The position numbers and the translations under genes were made by a program. This document shows, one piece after another, positions 14,042 to 29,163 of a stretch of DNA of 64,000 nt. Each line of letters starts with the position of its first letter. Within the stretch, counting starts at the first letter, position 1. Source of the stretch: Ramazzottius varieornatus. Its lineage: Eukaryota; Animalia; Tardigrada. Location: contig BDGG01000005.1 in the NCBI GenBank assembly GCA_001949185.1, positions 372,001 to 436,000 on the forward strand, read 5' to 3'. Under the pieces are notes generated by a model. It saw nothing but the letters and a program-made list of their open reading frames with translations. It was not told where the DNA came from and ran no database searches.

Positions 14042-16222
14042 TTACTGCTCGGGCGTATACTTGCACAACTTCATCAGGCCTTCCGTGCTGAGGGACTTGG
14101 GTCTCTCCAGAGGGAGACCCATGGCTCGGCTCCAGATGAACTGCGAAAGGCATCCTAAAGCGCGAGAAACGCCGAAGAGAACCGTGTAGTAGCTCATTTC
14201 TTTCATTCCGTAGTACTACAAGAGCGAAATGATGAGCACTGTCATGTTTATTACTGTACAACAAAGCACCAACAGACGATGTTCCAGCATTACTTACTTG
14301 AAGAAGAACACCACTGTGGGCATCAACGTTAGGCCATGGGTTCTTCGCCTTTCCTTGTTCTCGCAGAATGTCAGGCGTAACCTTGTAGATCTGCGAAACT
14401 AGTTTGAAGAGTGGATCGTTCGGCAAATGTTTCAGGGCAAACTCTCTTTGACATGTGTATCGAGGATCTGTCTTTCGCAGAACTGCGTGACCGTAACCCG
14501 GAACAACCTAACCGCCAGACAACAATTCAGAAGACTTCCCTTATGGTCAAGGAGCAATCTTCACTAGTTGAGAGAGGGAAAGAAAGGCTCACTTGACCAG
14601 ACTTCAAAGTCTTCCAGATGAAGTCCGTCAGTTGCTGGTCGGTGACTTCCTTTCCACCAAGCTCCTCCTGAGCCTTAGTTAGCCAGACCAGTACTTCCTG
14701 GTTGGCCAGACCGTGCAGAGGTCCAGCTAAACCGCACAGAGCGGCTCCGAAGCTCAAATAAGGATCCGAAAGAGCGCTTCCGACCAGATGAGAGGTGTGA
14801 GCTACGAGGGAGAAGCACACGATTAATGATCACCTAGCTTTCTGTTTCACCTTGAGCGATATTGTCATGCTGTGTTACCGGAAACGTTTCCTCCTTCATG
14901 ATCAGTGTGGATGGTGAGATAAAGTCTCATCAGCTCGATGAACTTCTGGTCTTTGTATCCCAACATCTTACAGAAGTTAGCAGACCAATCCGACTTCTCG
15001 TCGATTGTACCGATGCTGCTTCCGTTCCGGTAGAGGTTGCGGTAGATGGTGGCGGCTATGGCTGGTAGCTTTGCAATCAAATCCATAGAGTCCTCGTAAG
15101 CGTGCTGGAACGTCCATACTCACAGAACCTGCTCATTTAAATAGTCCCACGCTCATTCTGTTCTTACCTCCCAGTAAGTGCTCTTATGGGCCTTATCTTC
15201 ATAAGCCTTCGCGAATTTACTCTCGCTTTGCAGTGCGATAACAGCTGCGGCAAACTGCGACATCGGATGAAGATTGCTTGGGAATCCATTCAAAAGGCTG
15301 ACGACGTGGGAAGGCAGAGAAGCTCGCTGAGCCCACTCTTTCGAAATCCATTTAACCTAACAATGAAAGACAGATGACTTCGGAGCAATTCTGCATACAA
15401 TATCGGCTCATAAACCCGAAATCTAGAACTTCCGTGCAGAGCGTCATAAGGACTAACTTTACCTGCTCGGGACTTGGAATGTCTCCAGTGCACAAAAGCC
15501 AGAAGAGTCCTTCAGGAAGAGGTTCCGCCCCGCCTTCAGCCTTCGGCAGCTGCTCCTGGCAATCCGGGATAGTGTAACCTCGGAATCGGATACCCTCATC
15601 CGCGTCGAGGACGGACGTTTCCCAGACCATGCATTTGATGCTTCTCATACCTCCGTATACCTAACATGAAACCATCACAAAGGTGATCACCATCAAAATT
15701 CAAAAGCAACCCTTTCACCAACACCCGGTACAGCCTACATGCCCCCAATGTTTTTCTCGGCAGATGCGATCGAGATGTGGTTCGGTCAGAGGAGAATTTG
15801 CGGAAATCCATTGTTTTCTTACCTGGTCAAGCGTAACTTCGCCGACCTTGGTGGCATTGTGAGCCTGACGGAAAGCTCTAACTTTCGCGTTATGCTCGGG
15901 AATTTTGGCTGCCAGCACCTCTTTCAAATTCTGAAACAAACAAGTATGCATAAGTAATTGCCCGACAACGATGATTTCTATTGCGGAAAACGGGAGGCGT
16001 GATCACATATTTACCGTGGAGTCGGATGATGCAAACCGCGTTCCAGCGAACACTCGGCCATTTGCCTGAAAAGTAATTGACCGACATGATTAGTGTATGC
16101 AGAAAGACCTGGCAGGTGCTTTTAGCCGTGAGGTGACAACACGCATAAATTGGCAGAGGAAGACGCAAACTTACCGCGGAGAAGGAGTAGGATTTGGTGG
16201 CAACTTGGCGTAATAGCGACAT
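14042..16222 (-). CDS. CS: Citrate synthase, mitochondrial, multi-exon
   Basis: [53 protein letters not shown] and [11 protein letters not shown]. Confidence 0.97.
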
Positions 16223-17191
16223 GTTCGGCTAGATGATAGTCGTTCCGGGAGGCAATTAGGCACTTTGCGTCAGAACTCCAATCGCCCTTCTCGAGGTGTA
16301 GGAGCTGTCAGATCGATTTCAAACGAGAAAGATGTTTCACAGTTCCGTCCTTTGAAGAACTAGGAGCAATATCAGCACTTCATCGATTAAGCTGACTGAA
16401 CTCTATCAGGATGTCAGACCTGTGAAACGTAAGCCACCGTAACAGGTAATCAGGGCGAAGCCCGCTTACGGCGCGATACGGAGCGGTTATCGGGTTATGT
16501 CATGGGCGTACCTGACGTCGTAGCGAGTTTGCGATAAACTCAAACTGGACCGTCAGCAAATCAATCAATGAACAGAAATAACCGAGAAAATCGGAATTCG
16601 GAATCTCAAGTTTCTCGAATCTCGATCGCATCTTCGTGCCTCTGACTTCCGGTGGTCGGTGGACATCGTCCAGAAAGCCAACCTCGACGGCAACCAGCAC
16701 TGTTTGTGTTTCTTGTTGTTGTAGGAAATCTGGACTGCGTGTCCCACCTTAGAGGCGAACGGTCCACCGCGAGCGGTATGTTTGTCGACAACAAAGGGAA
16801 AGGATCGGGTCCGCAGTATCCGCACGCGATGTTATCTAGCGCTTTACCTGGAGCTGCCTGCTCCGAACGATCTTCTGAACTGATTTCGTTTTTCACGCTT
16901 CGTTTAGGTTCGGATAATGGATGCGACGCACGCGATTGCGACGATTGGATGTTCTGCCCGAAGGCTGGAACCGGGTGGAGGAGCTATGCATTCGCTATTC
17001 AATGCGGTTGGATGTCTGTGGGTTGTCATGGATGATCAAGGCTCTAGGTACGTTTGATGTTTCAAACTCCGCGCATGACTGTTCGGTATCTCTTGTCTCG
17101 CTTTAGTTGTTTACGTGTTTCTCCCAGAATCTTGAACGAGGTGGTCCGTTCTCTGGGATGGGGTTGCTGCCGCGATTGAGCTGTTAAATTC

Positions 17192-20100
17192 ATGGAAACC
17201 TCGGAGACCCTCGACCGTCGTTTCGCGGACCACCCTCGGCCCGCCCAGTCCTCCCTGCATCCCTGGCAAGACGCCTTGCCTCTTTTGCTGAACTATTTCC
17301 CAGATATCATATCAAGTGACGCTCATCGCTTGGGCAGACCTCGTAATGGCCAACTCAAAGATATCGAAACTCTGGAGGAAGGAATGGTGTCGTCGCAGAC
17401 TCTGGCGCTTGAGACCTTCAAAAACATAGACATGGATAGCGGAAGAGCCTTCAGTCCATTCCTTTTACTCGATCCACAAAACAAGGATGCTGTTGGCGAC
17501 TATGGGGTTTTTGCAACTAGAAGTTTGGGAGATTTTCTGGACTGGAGCGAACTAAGAGACAAGAATCTGATCAACGCTGTCAATGGAACATTCAAACCCC
17601 GCTTACCTTCCCCTCCGCAGTACTCAACGGAACATTCCCGACCGAACGGCGTACCGCGGGGTAGGATCGGTAAACTAGAATGCGGAAGTGCCCGGAGTTC
17701 TCCGCGGGCCAAGTGGAATCAAGTCCATAAGCCGGTCGGTGCGTATCATGGAAAAAAATCTTGTGCCGGTGCGATCTTCCGGTTCAACCCAAAAGTCCTG
17801 CGTTTCCGAAATTATGTTCCAGGTGGCGTGTATGAAGTAAGTTTATATAAATATAATAGCTCGGGTATTTGACAAATTGCTTCAGAAAGGATTCACCCAG
17901 TGAGCGTATTTAATTATACAAGGTTCTCTTCGAAGTGGTCAACACCAGCGACAAGAAGAGCTTTTGCCAACTGGGATCGTCGACGTCACCTTCACTCACC
18001 GTTCGGTCTCGTACGTGTGCTTCCTGCCCAAACTGCAAGATACTAGTGTCTTACTTAGACTTTCGGTGATGTTTCCTGGTCTGGTTGTAGTGTCTTCAAC
18101 CTCTTACGTGGCTAGTGGCATGGCTGTGAAGTACGTCGCCGCCTTCCGGCCGGAGTCTTATCAGCCATTCACGGACCGATTAGAGATCTTCTCTCCAGAT
18201 GGATCCCGAAGTGTCGTATGTGTTCAAGCTCGGAACGAGTTACCTCGTTTAAAATGTGAGAATGGCTTCCTTATCCTCTACTCGTACGATTTGCAAAGAG
18301 TCTGACGTTTGGGGTGGTGTCTTTAGATCCATCGAAGGTGGACCTGGGCAAGTGTCTCCCGGGTACGACCATGAAGGCCGTGATCACCGTCGAGAACAAG
18401 GGTGGATTTGGCATGTTCTATGTTATGAGACGTTCGGAGTTCGATGCGTTTACTGTTACGGAGCACAGGCTGAGGGAAGACCGAGTAGGTATGTAATGTT
18501 AATAATAACGCAACCAGGAAGTAACTGAATTATGTGAAACATGTTGCCTTTATGTTCGAACTTTTCTTTCCGTTGTTAGTTTCGCAGTTTGTCCCATTAT
18601 AACCACTACATCTTTGGTCGATATGAGATAAAACCTGCACTGTTCGAGTTGGAAGAAAGCGAGACGGTCGACTTGCTCTTCTCACTTCCGATTCCATACG
18701 GAGCTCCAGAGACCTTCTCGGTTGACTTCAAGATGGTCGGCCATCTTGGCCAAGTGTATCACTTGACGATAAAAGGTACAACCGCAAAGCAGTGTAATTC
18801 TGCGAAAACTCTACTGTGAAAAAAACGTGAATGTGTTGTATATAGCACAGGTCGCTCCCGAAATCCTTCAAGTTCTCCATCAGAAACCCAAGATGAAAGT
18901 CGATGACGACCAGTTCTGCCATGTGGACCTGTCGGCCAGCCATGTGGACCTGTCGGCCAGCCATGTGATGAAGTTCCCACTGACATTTCCGGACATGTGT
19001 GTGAACCTAAAGTTCGTCCTGCATAACTCATCGTAAGTCCTTTGAGTTGTTGCAGGAAAACGGGTAACTTCATGGTAATCTATGCTTTGTGTCCGCAGCG
19101 ACTTTGATTTGGTCTACTACTGGCGCAACGTGGTTCCTCGTATCACTACACGGTTAGACGCCTTGAGAGACGCCAATGCCGACGACTGGACAGAGATCGA
19201 ACCCGCCATATTCCCCATCAGCGAAAGCAGGAGTAAAGAATCGCCGGCTGTCTACGGTCACATCCGGCGCGTGATCAAGTCCGGAGAGACACTTCGCTTC
19301 AGCACAACCCGCCACCTACAGAAGGCTGGACAGCAAAGAGCCTGCATCCAGATGGTCGTCACCAACATCCTCCCAAAACCCGGAAAGGGGTATACGAAAA
19401 AGATACAGCTTAACAGGCTGACGACTATTCCCTTTGCTGTGGATATAACAGCCACCTGCGTGGAGGTGGACATGACGGTGCCTCAGGAAGTCATTGTGGA
19501 GGAAATGGTCATGTGCGGTCGCCAGACTCAAGTGATGTTACCGGTATCGTATGCACGCTATATATTCTGTCAAGCACCAACGTCGCTCGAACCAACGTCG
19601 CTCGAACTTTACTACTTTTCTACTTGGGCTTCGTAGATCTCGAACCGTACCCCGACAGCTATTGCCGTCGTCGCGGAAGACTTTATGCATGATTTGCCGA
19701 TAAGCGAGCAGGATTTCAAACTGAAGTTTCCCCCACGCCCAACCATCGTTTGTACGTAAGAAAGTTGGACTTGGTGTTCAAACTTGTTTACTTCCGGCAG
19801 CTAATCTTGTTCGCGGAAAACATGACCGATGTGGTTCCTTTAATCTTCTGCAGCCGGAAATACCAATGCCCACATACGACTCAGCCTCACCGCTAAATGT
19901 CACGGTCAAGAACGAGTAGCGCGGTTTGCGTGTCGAGAAGTAGAGACAGGCGTGGGATTCATAGTTTCCGCCAGATTCGTCGTTCAGGTGAGTCCTCATG
20001 TTATTCTGAGAAACCCGTGATATGTTACGGATGTTTGCCAAACTATCGCTCGGCAGGTTCCTCAGTTAAAGTTCGATTCATATGTTCAACTCGGAGGTAT

Positions 20101-23100
20101 CCCCGTTGGTGAAGTGGGGACTACCACTTTCAAGTTGTCGAACTCCAGCTGTCTGACAGCTCCGTGGCGTATATTCCCTTTACTTCACAAGACCGAACGA
20201 TGTGTGACTTTCAAGCCAACCGAAGGCACGCTCAGAGCGGGCAAGAGTATCATGATCAAAGTGACAGTTCGTAGCGACGAACCCGTGGAACTAATGGCCA
20301 AGTGTCTTCTCGAGGTGGACCACGTCCGAACCAGGTTAGTCCCACGAATATCTTTGGAGTTGGGAAGAAGAAAGTTTCCGTCGTCCCTTTTCTATGATAA
20401 TAGGCCACTTTGGATAATAGCTAGTGTGCAGCATCCATCGCTGACCGTAGCGCCTCTGCATGTCACTTTCGACCACCTTTACCTCGGGTTCGACTGTACA
20501 GTCGAATTTACATTGAAAAACCCAGCGTTGTTCCGCGTAACGTTCTCGTGGGGACACCTGAAAGACTGTCAGCACATCCGCGTCGAACACTGTACTCCTG
20601 TCTTAATCGACAAGCTGGAGGAGAAGGCCGTCTCAATAAAGTTCACCGCCATAGCACTGGTCAATCAGTCATAAGACATTCTGATGCATGAGCCAGCCTT
20701 TCTTAATTGCTGTGCTGAACATTGAATTCTGTGTGATAAAAATGTCGTGTACTGTAGGGTCATTTTGACGAAGGACAATTGCCGTTTCTACTGAACGGGA
20801 AGTGTTTCGCCACAGCACTGGTTTCAGGCTACGTTCATGGACCATCGGTCAAAGTATTTCTTCAAGAAGAAAATTCACTTGCCTTGCTGTGAGTACGAGT
20901 GTATGACTGGGCCTCGAGTCTCGACTTATTTAGGTTTATTTGATTGAGTTTTTTTAAACTTTCGAAGGATGTTGTTGACAAGTTACCGTTGTTTTTAAGA
21001 TGCTTTTCAAGGGTGGTTTCGGTTTACAGAATTCCACATGGTCAAGTTATTCCATACCCGCATATGATGGAACTTTGCAAAGAGGTCGAGCTCAGTTTCT
21101 CCTTGGAGAATGACTCGCCGGTTCCGGCTCGGTTCGCAGCTTCCGTGGAACAGTTTCCAGAGAAATGGCAGACCTTCGAGCCGGTGACGGAGAAAATGCG
21201 AGTGGCGGAGCTGTATCACGAATTACACCTACCACCGAAATTCCGTCCACTGAAAATATCTATGAGCAAGACTTCCGGGTCGGTTCGTCACAAAGAGCGA
21301 GTGGTCATCACATTGAGAGTAGTTGGGTCCATGTGGGGCAAGTTTCACGATCACCTTTGCTTGAAAGTAAGTCAGAGCTCATTCATTCTACTGCGCAACG
21401 AAAACCAAGAAGTGAGGTCTAAAAGAAGGTAATGGCTCCGCGTACCTACTACCCAAGAGAAGGCTTCCCTTGACCATACAAAAGCGAGATCTAATACCTG
21501 AGGTGGTCTATTAATTCTATTGCTAAACTGTCGTGGATACGAATTTCACTCGCCTTCTCGCTGTACCATGTTATCACAAAGTGATTCGTTCCGTTGAAAT
21601 GGCAGTGTACAACTTCTTTCCCACGGTTCGCGCCATTCAAAGTACTCATAAACCGAGGGCTCCAAAAGCCTCTGTCCACAACGAATCCACAGACAGTACT
21701 CTTACTGTCTGAAGTATCACAGGTGGTAGCCTGAGATTTGCTGCGCCGTTAGGCCATTGGTTTCAGTTTCAAAAGCGGAGTCACCGATATGAAAATATAC
21801 ACGTGGTCAATGCTCTGATTTTGTACTCGTACCCGATCGGGTTAAAACTTGTGTTTCCAACAAAACTCGAAATTAAATTAGTACGCGGAGCACTTTGGTA
21901 GTGCGGAAATTTGAGGAAGGTACACGTATAGTAATATGCGGAGTGTTTAGGTAGTGCGGGTAGTGCGGGTGGTAATTTCGCTCCAATATTGCAGTTTGAC
22001 CATGGGCAAGATTACCGCATACCCTTGTCCTTCCACATTATGAGCAGCCCTATCCGGTTCCTGCACAATGTAGCCGGAAGTAAAGAGCCGCCACTACTTC
22101 GGTTCAAGGCTCACACGGTTGGGTCCCCTCCCGAGTACCGACAGTTGACTGTGCAAAACATTGTGCCTTACGGTGAGCGTGACAAAACTTCAGGCGTAAG
22201 GTCTGGTTCGATGGGACTATCGTTAGCTCAATCTTTGTTTTGGTGTAGATCTCGAGGTGGACTGGATAACAGCCATGAGAAGCGAGGAGAAGGACGACCG
22301 TTTCGGCGTAGAGATTGACATACAGAAGCTTCCATACTTGGTCAACACGGAAATGCTGTCAGCTGGGATACCGTCGTTGGGCGGTGTACCCTGTGACAAA
22401 GAGTTTTCTGTTTACCCCAGGCGCCTGGTAAGCTGGGTCATATTCACGTCGATCTTGTCCGCTGTTAGGCAATCACTCTAGAGTGTTTTTTAGGTTGTGC
22501 CAGCTTCGTCGACGGCAGTGGTTACGGTGAAGTTTTTTCCTCCCGCTGAGGCAAGCGAACTTACCGAGTTCGACGGTTTCCTCATTGGTCAAGCTCGTGT
22601 GAAGAATCGAGTAGGAGCTCGCTCTCTAGAAGACATCTTCACTCGTTAGAAGATGATTTGTACGCCTATGAATTGCAGGTTGCGAAGGGTGTTGGGGAGC
22701 CATGGCTGAATGGCTCATACGCGCCTGTGGTAAAGATGGCCTTGAGAGCAGAGTTAATTTCTTTTCGGTAAGGGCATACTCGGTCTTGTGGAATGTTCGG
22801 AACAGCGAAGATTAGCCTGCTTGCCTGTGTTTTTGCAGGTTGACTGTTAGTTCATCCCCGGAACCTTCGCTGACGTTAGCAGCACCGGAAGTTCTTTTTC
22901 GCTGTGACAATGACCCGCCCTTCTGGTTGTCACCGCTGAGCCTGGTGAACCGCTCCAGTGCTCTGATGCAGTTCGGACTGTCTGTTCCTTATCCGTTTGC
23001 TATGCAGTCCGTAGTGTGTAAAGAGGCTTCCGGTGCAACAGCAATGGAGACGGACGCAAAAGACGGCACGTACTCCTTGTCGCCCCAAAATGTCGCTGAG

Positions 23101-23901
23101 GTGCATTCGTCTCTTTGGTCCGTACGAAATTCGTCAAATAACTCGCTAATTTGTGTTTCAGATCGGACTGACTTTCGACATGCCGACCTCCCAGTTCGCG
23201 ACGGTGCTTCGAAAGCATGTTGAAAAAAATCGATATCAGAATCTGGAGATTCGGTCCGACCTGGGTATATGGAATAGCTCACTGGAAGAACCACAGGTGA
23301 GTACGCTACTACTCTTCCAGACGCTTCAAGGTTATCCTACGTCTGCTTCTCTGTGCTCTATAGTTTGTTGCCCTTCGAGCGACGATCGTCCTCCCATTCG
23401 TCAAATTATCGAGAACAGAGATTGACTTTACTGTATCGAGGGTACAGCAACCCTACGAACGAGTGTTTTACCTGTCAAATGGCACCAAATCAGCCTGCCC
23501 TTGGAAGCTCCACTTTGGTAAGATTTTCGAAGGATATATCATGGTCGCGCGGTAGTTCGTCCCTCCTGTTCATCAGTCTCTGTTTTAGATGGAGGTCCTT
23601 CGATGTTTGGGTTGTCCGAAACCGAAGGCGTACTGCCTGCTAGCGAGGACATGAAAGACGTCACTCGTGCGATCACGGTGACATACATACCCGTGTAAGG
23701 GAAAGTGTAAAACGGGATAAACTATAGCAGGGAACGTTTCGGTAGCTGCTTAGACTGATATTTCTCCCGGGTTACAGGCTCTTAGGAGACCATGAAGCAG
23801 TCGTCGTGTGTAGCGGGCTTCTGGGAGCAGAAATGGCCAGGATACGTTTGCGCGGAAGTGCAGTACTAGATTTCGGGAAGTCTCACGTTCCTCTTCTGTA
23901 A
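17192..23901 (+). CDS. DLEC1: DLEC1/CFAP81-like ciliary central-apparatus protein with ASH (Ig-like) repeats, many exons
   Basis: Ordered blocks resembling DLEC1: FRNYVPGGVYE, VASGMAVKYVAAFRP, VDLGKCLPG, IKPALFEL, MWGKFHDHL, PPLLRF...RQLTVQN..PYDLEVDW, and C-terminal GLLGAEMARIRLRGS. Highly divergent; exon set not fully resolved. Confidence 0.75.
18918..18967 (+). repeat. 21-bp exact tandem duplication inside a DLEC1 exon (HVDLSAS x2)
   Basis: gccatgtggacctgtcggcca occurs 2.4 times, in frame. Confidence 0.9.
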
Positions 23902-24166
23902 AGTACAGAACTTGCATTTTCAAGACATTTTATTCAGTCTATTCAGTCCAGGACAGAAGTTTACACGGCACAATCTATGTAGATAAAACCATAAATATCG
24001 CGGCTACCCTGTGCTGAAAAAAAGTACAAGATACGAAGAAAAAGATGGGCCGATGACAGACTGAGCTTAAAACTTGGTCAGAAGCACACGACACAATAAA
24101 AAATGAGCAGCCTGGATAGTTCTGTGGTGGAAGAAGAGAGTGCTTGTTTGTCATGTCCATCCATAC

Positions 24167-26219
<2,053 letters not shown>

Positions 26220-27672
26220 GTTGATGCGGGGGATGATGTCCTTCAACGGAGAACTACCACAAGGTCGTTACGAAGATGTCGAGGGGTTGTCGACAACGCG
26301 GCAAAAGCAAGAAAGAAGGATCTTTCAACGTCCGAGCTACGGCAGAAATGGCACACTGACTGCTGTCTAGGCCAAAGTTTGCACTTAGCCAGTCAGATAG
26401 GAAACACCCGTATGCGTCATTCGGTGTATTACTCACAGTTGAGTCATCGAGTGGTCGGCGTATCTTAGATTGGCCCTGACCGACCACAGGCCAGCCTTGG
26501 TGGGCCGGCCTCCAGTCTATATTCCACTCCACCGACGACAGTGGAAGCAGAGAGTATAGCCCAATCTATACTCTCTGATGGAAGTGTGGTTGACATCGTC
26601 TTAAACTAAACTCTAAAGTCCGAAGTGTCCACCTGGTCAAAGAAATCGCAATTTCCCTGAAGTTTAAAATTGTCCATATATGCGTTTCCGGTTCGTATGT
26701 AGCGGAGACCTTTTCTTTCTCGTGAGAAAACAAGAAGGTCCTCTTCGGACTTCCGAATCTGTCGAAAGAACTGCGGGTTCTTGCAAGCGATGCTATCGGA
26801 CGGTTTTACTGTCCTAGACGTCTGCATCGTCTCCTCTTAACTCAGTACTTGTATATTGTAGGTCTAACCGGAAGCTGCGGGGAGTATGAAGGGGAGCGAG
26901 GACATCGTGATGCTGAAAATTCCGGAAGACTTTTTATAAGAAGACGGGCGGGTTCTTGTTTGGGTTTCACGCTGGTGCTGAGAGCAGTATTAGGTGAGTT
27001 GAATATAAAGATCGTGCATCGCACGTGGCGGCGAAGTGATGTGGCAAGTTCCACTTGCGTAATTCTGCATGTCCTTGTTTACGAGCATATTTCTGAACCG
27101 TGATGTTCTCGTGAGAACATATTCACCATGATGTTTTGTGCTAGAAATGCACTGCTGGCCGTCGTCTGGGATTGCTACCAGTATCAGGTCACTGAAGCTG
27201 CTTTCCCCTCGACGCTTTGTGCGAGTTGATAGCTGGTTCGTTTTTCCACAGATCTCATGTCGACCAAATTATCTAAATTAATTTCTTCCCTTAGTGGATT
27301 GATTTCTTCCCACTCCACCGCCGATGGATCTAAGAACGTCACCAGGAAGCGGCTCTTCACATGCAATGCTTACTCCATGCCCTATGTAAGACCTTTCCAC
27401 CCGGTAAAAGTCGCATTCGAAATCTAGAACCAGTTTCACCCAACGAAAATATGGATATGAGGATGCTAGTTGCTTGTGGAGCGTCTAGTCATATTGCGCG
27501 TGATATTGAGATACTCTACACTAGACTCTACAGTCTACACGTGAACTTCAAAGGTGGATGATGTTCTGAAAGTGTATAAAAACCTATCTGTATCACAGTA
27601 TATCAAACCTACTTTGTATCGCAGAAGCATACAATTCCATTTATTCTCGGTGTATCCTCAGTCTCATTGTTG

Positions 27673-28926
27673 ATGGTTGCAAAATTGCTAAAAATTGGCT
27701 ATACGTAAATAGGTTCAAAGTCATGTTACGACTGTACCGGAAGTAGCAGAAATAGCCTGGAACCTTGCATAAGTGACTTGGAACGCTGTTTCAGGTTCTT
27801 CTTGTACATTTTGCAGGAACGGCCGAATGAGCAGATGATCAGCATGCGAAAGCTGTTGTATCATGCGATTCAAGCGGCGGAACGCGGGGGCTTGGAAGTT
27901 CGTGCGGTGCAGGAAACTGGCAACCTGGAAGTACGTAGCAAGAGCTCCTGCTTCAATCCTGTCACTCTCGGAGATATGCGCTCGCACGTTGCAATGAAAG
28001 GAACGCTGCGTCAGGCATTTCCATATGTCTGCATCGTCTCGGAAGAAGACAACCACTGCCTGGACTCTGTTGCGGTCGACCTGGACCAAGATCCCCAAGA
28101 CCCACCCTCGACGTTCCTGCGAAGTGTTCCTGAAGACCAGATGGTCTCTGCCCAAGACATCACCGTTTGGATAGACCCCCTGGATGGTACTCAAGAATAC
28201 ATGGAAGGACATTACGAGTATGTGACTACCATGGTAGGCATAGCGATTGGCGGAGTTCCCGTCGCCGGAGTGATACATCAGCCCTTCCCCGAACATTCGG
28301 CTGCCTCCACCTCGACGTACTGGGCTTGGAAGAACCACGGAGTGTGTCCTCTTCTCCAGAGCCTACAGATTTCCCCACAAGGTAAGTCAATATTGCAACC
28401 GGAAGCTCGACGACCACCTGCGTACACGATACCGTACTGTTGATTCGGCAAGCGGGTATGCAGGTGTATGAAGTGATGGGTGAGTCTCCAGTTACGCCCA
28501 AGACCACAACGGTTATATCCAGCGTCTCTTGCAGATCCACCAAAGAATTCTAATCATGTATGGAGGCTCGCTGTGTCTCGGAATCCCGTGCGAGCTGGCG
28601 CCGCTCGGAGGTTCTCCAAAGCTGCCTTCGGATCGGGCAACTGTGAGCTGGTGCCTATAGGTGGAGCCGGCTACAAGTTCATACAGATGTTCAGGAACAA
28701 TGTGAATGGGTACTTGCACTTAACCAAGAACATTAAGAAGTGGGACACATGTGCTGGTCACGGAATAACCAATGCTCTGGGAGGACAACTGACGGGTTTG
28801 GGCGGACAGGAGATTGATTATGCGGAACCCGAAAACAAGAACCAAATGGCGGTCGGATCTGGCTTCGTAGGAGCTATTCATAATCACAGTGCTCTGCTGA
28901 GTAGCTGTCGTCGAGTTGCACTTTAG
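27673..28926 (+). CDS. BPNT2: Golgi PAP phosphatase / inositol monophosphatase 3 (IMPAD1/BPNT2)
   Basis: AAERGGLEV, PVTLGDMRSH, SEE, VWIDPLDGTQEY, GVIHQPF, GGAGYK and IKKWDTCAG. Tentative first exon 27673-27704 spliced to 27795 gives a hydrophobic anchor MVAKLLKIGYTFFLYILQ. Confidence 0.85.
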
Positions 28927-29163
28927 CCCCTTCCAATCTCAGTTTAGCTCCATCTTAATTTCAGACGTTACTCTCCCTATTTATGGTCAGTTTCGTTCGC
29001 GTAGTGTAAGTTTCGGCTTTTACGATAAGCTTCCCTAAGCGCTGCACAGTGCGACAATGCGGAACCGCTAGGAAGGAAAATCCAAATAAAAAAAACTGGA
29101 AAAAAACTAGAATGTTTCCTGTGAGAGCCTTTCTCACTGGAGGTTCGCCAAAGAGAAGGAACT

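Noticed and set aside
17023-17036. X-box-like GTTGTCATGGATGA upstream of DLEC1
   Set aside because: The second half-site lacks the RAC ending; too weak to call.
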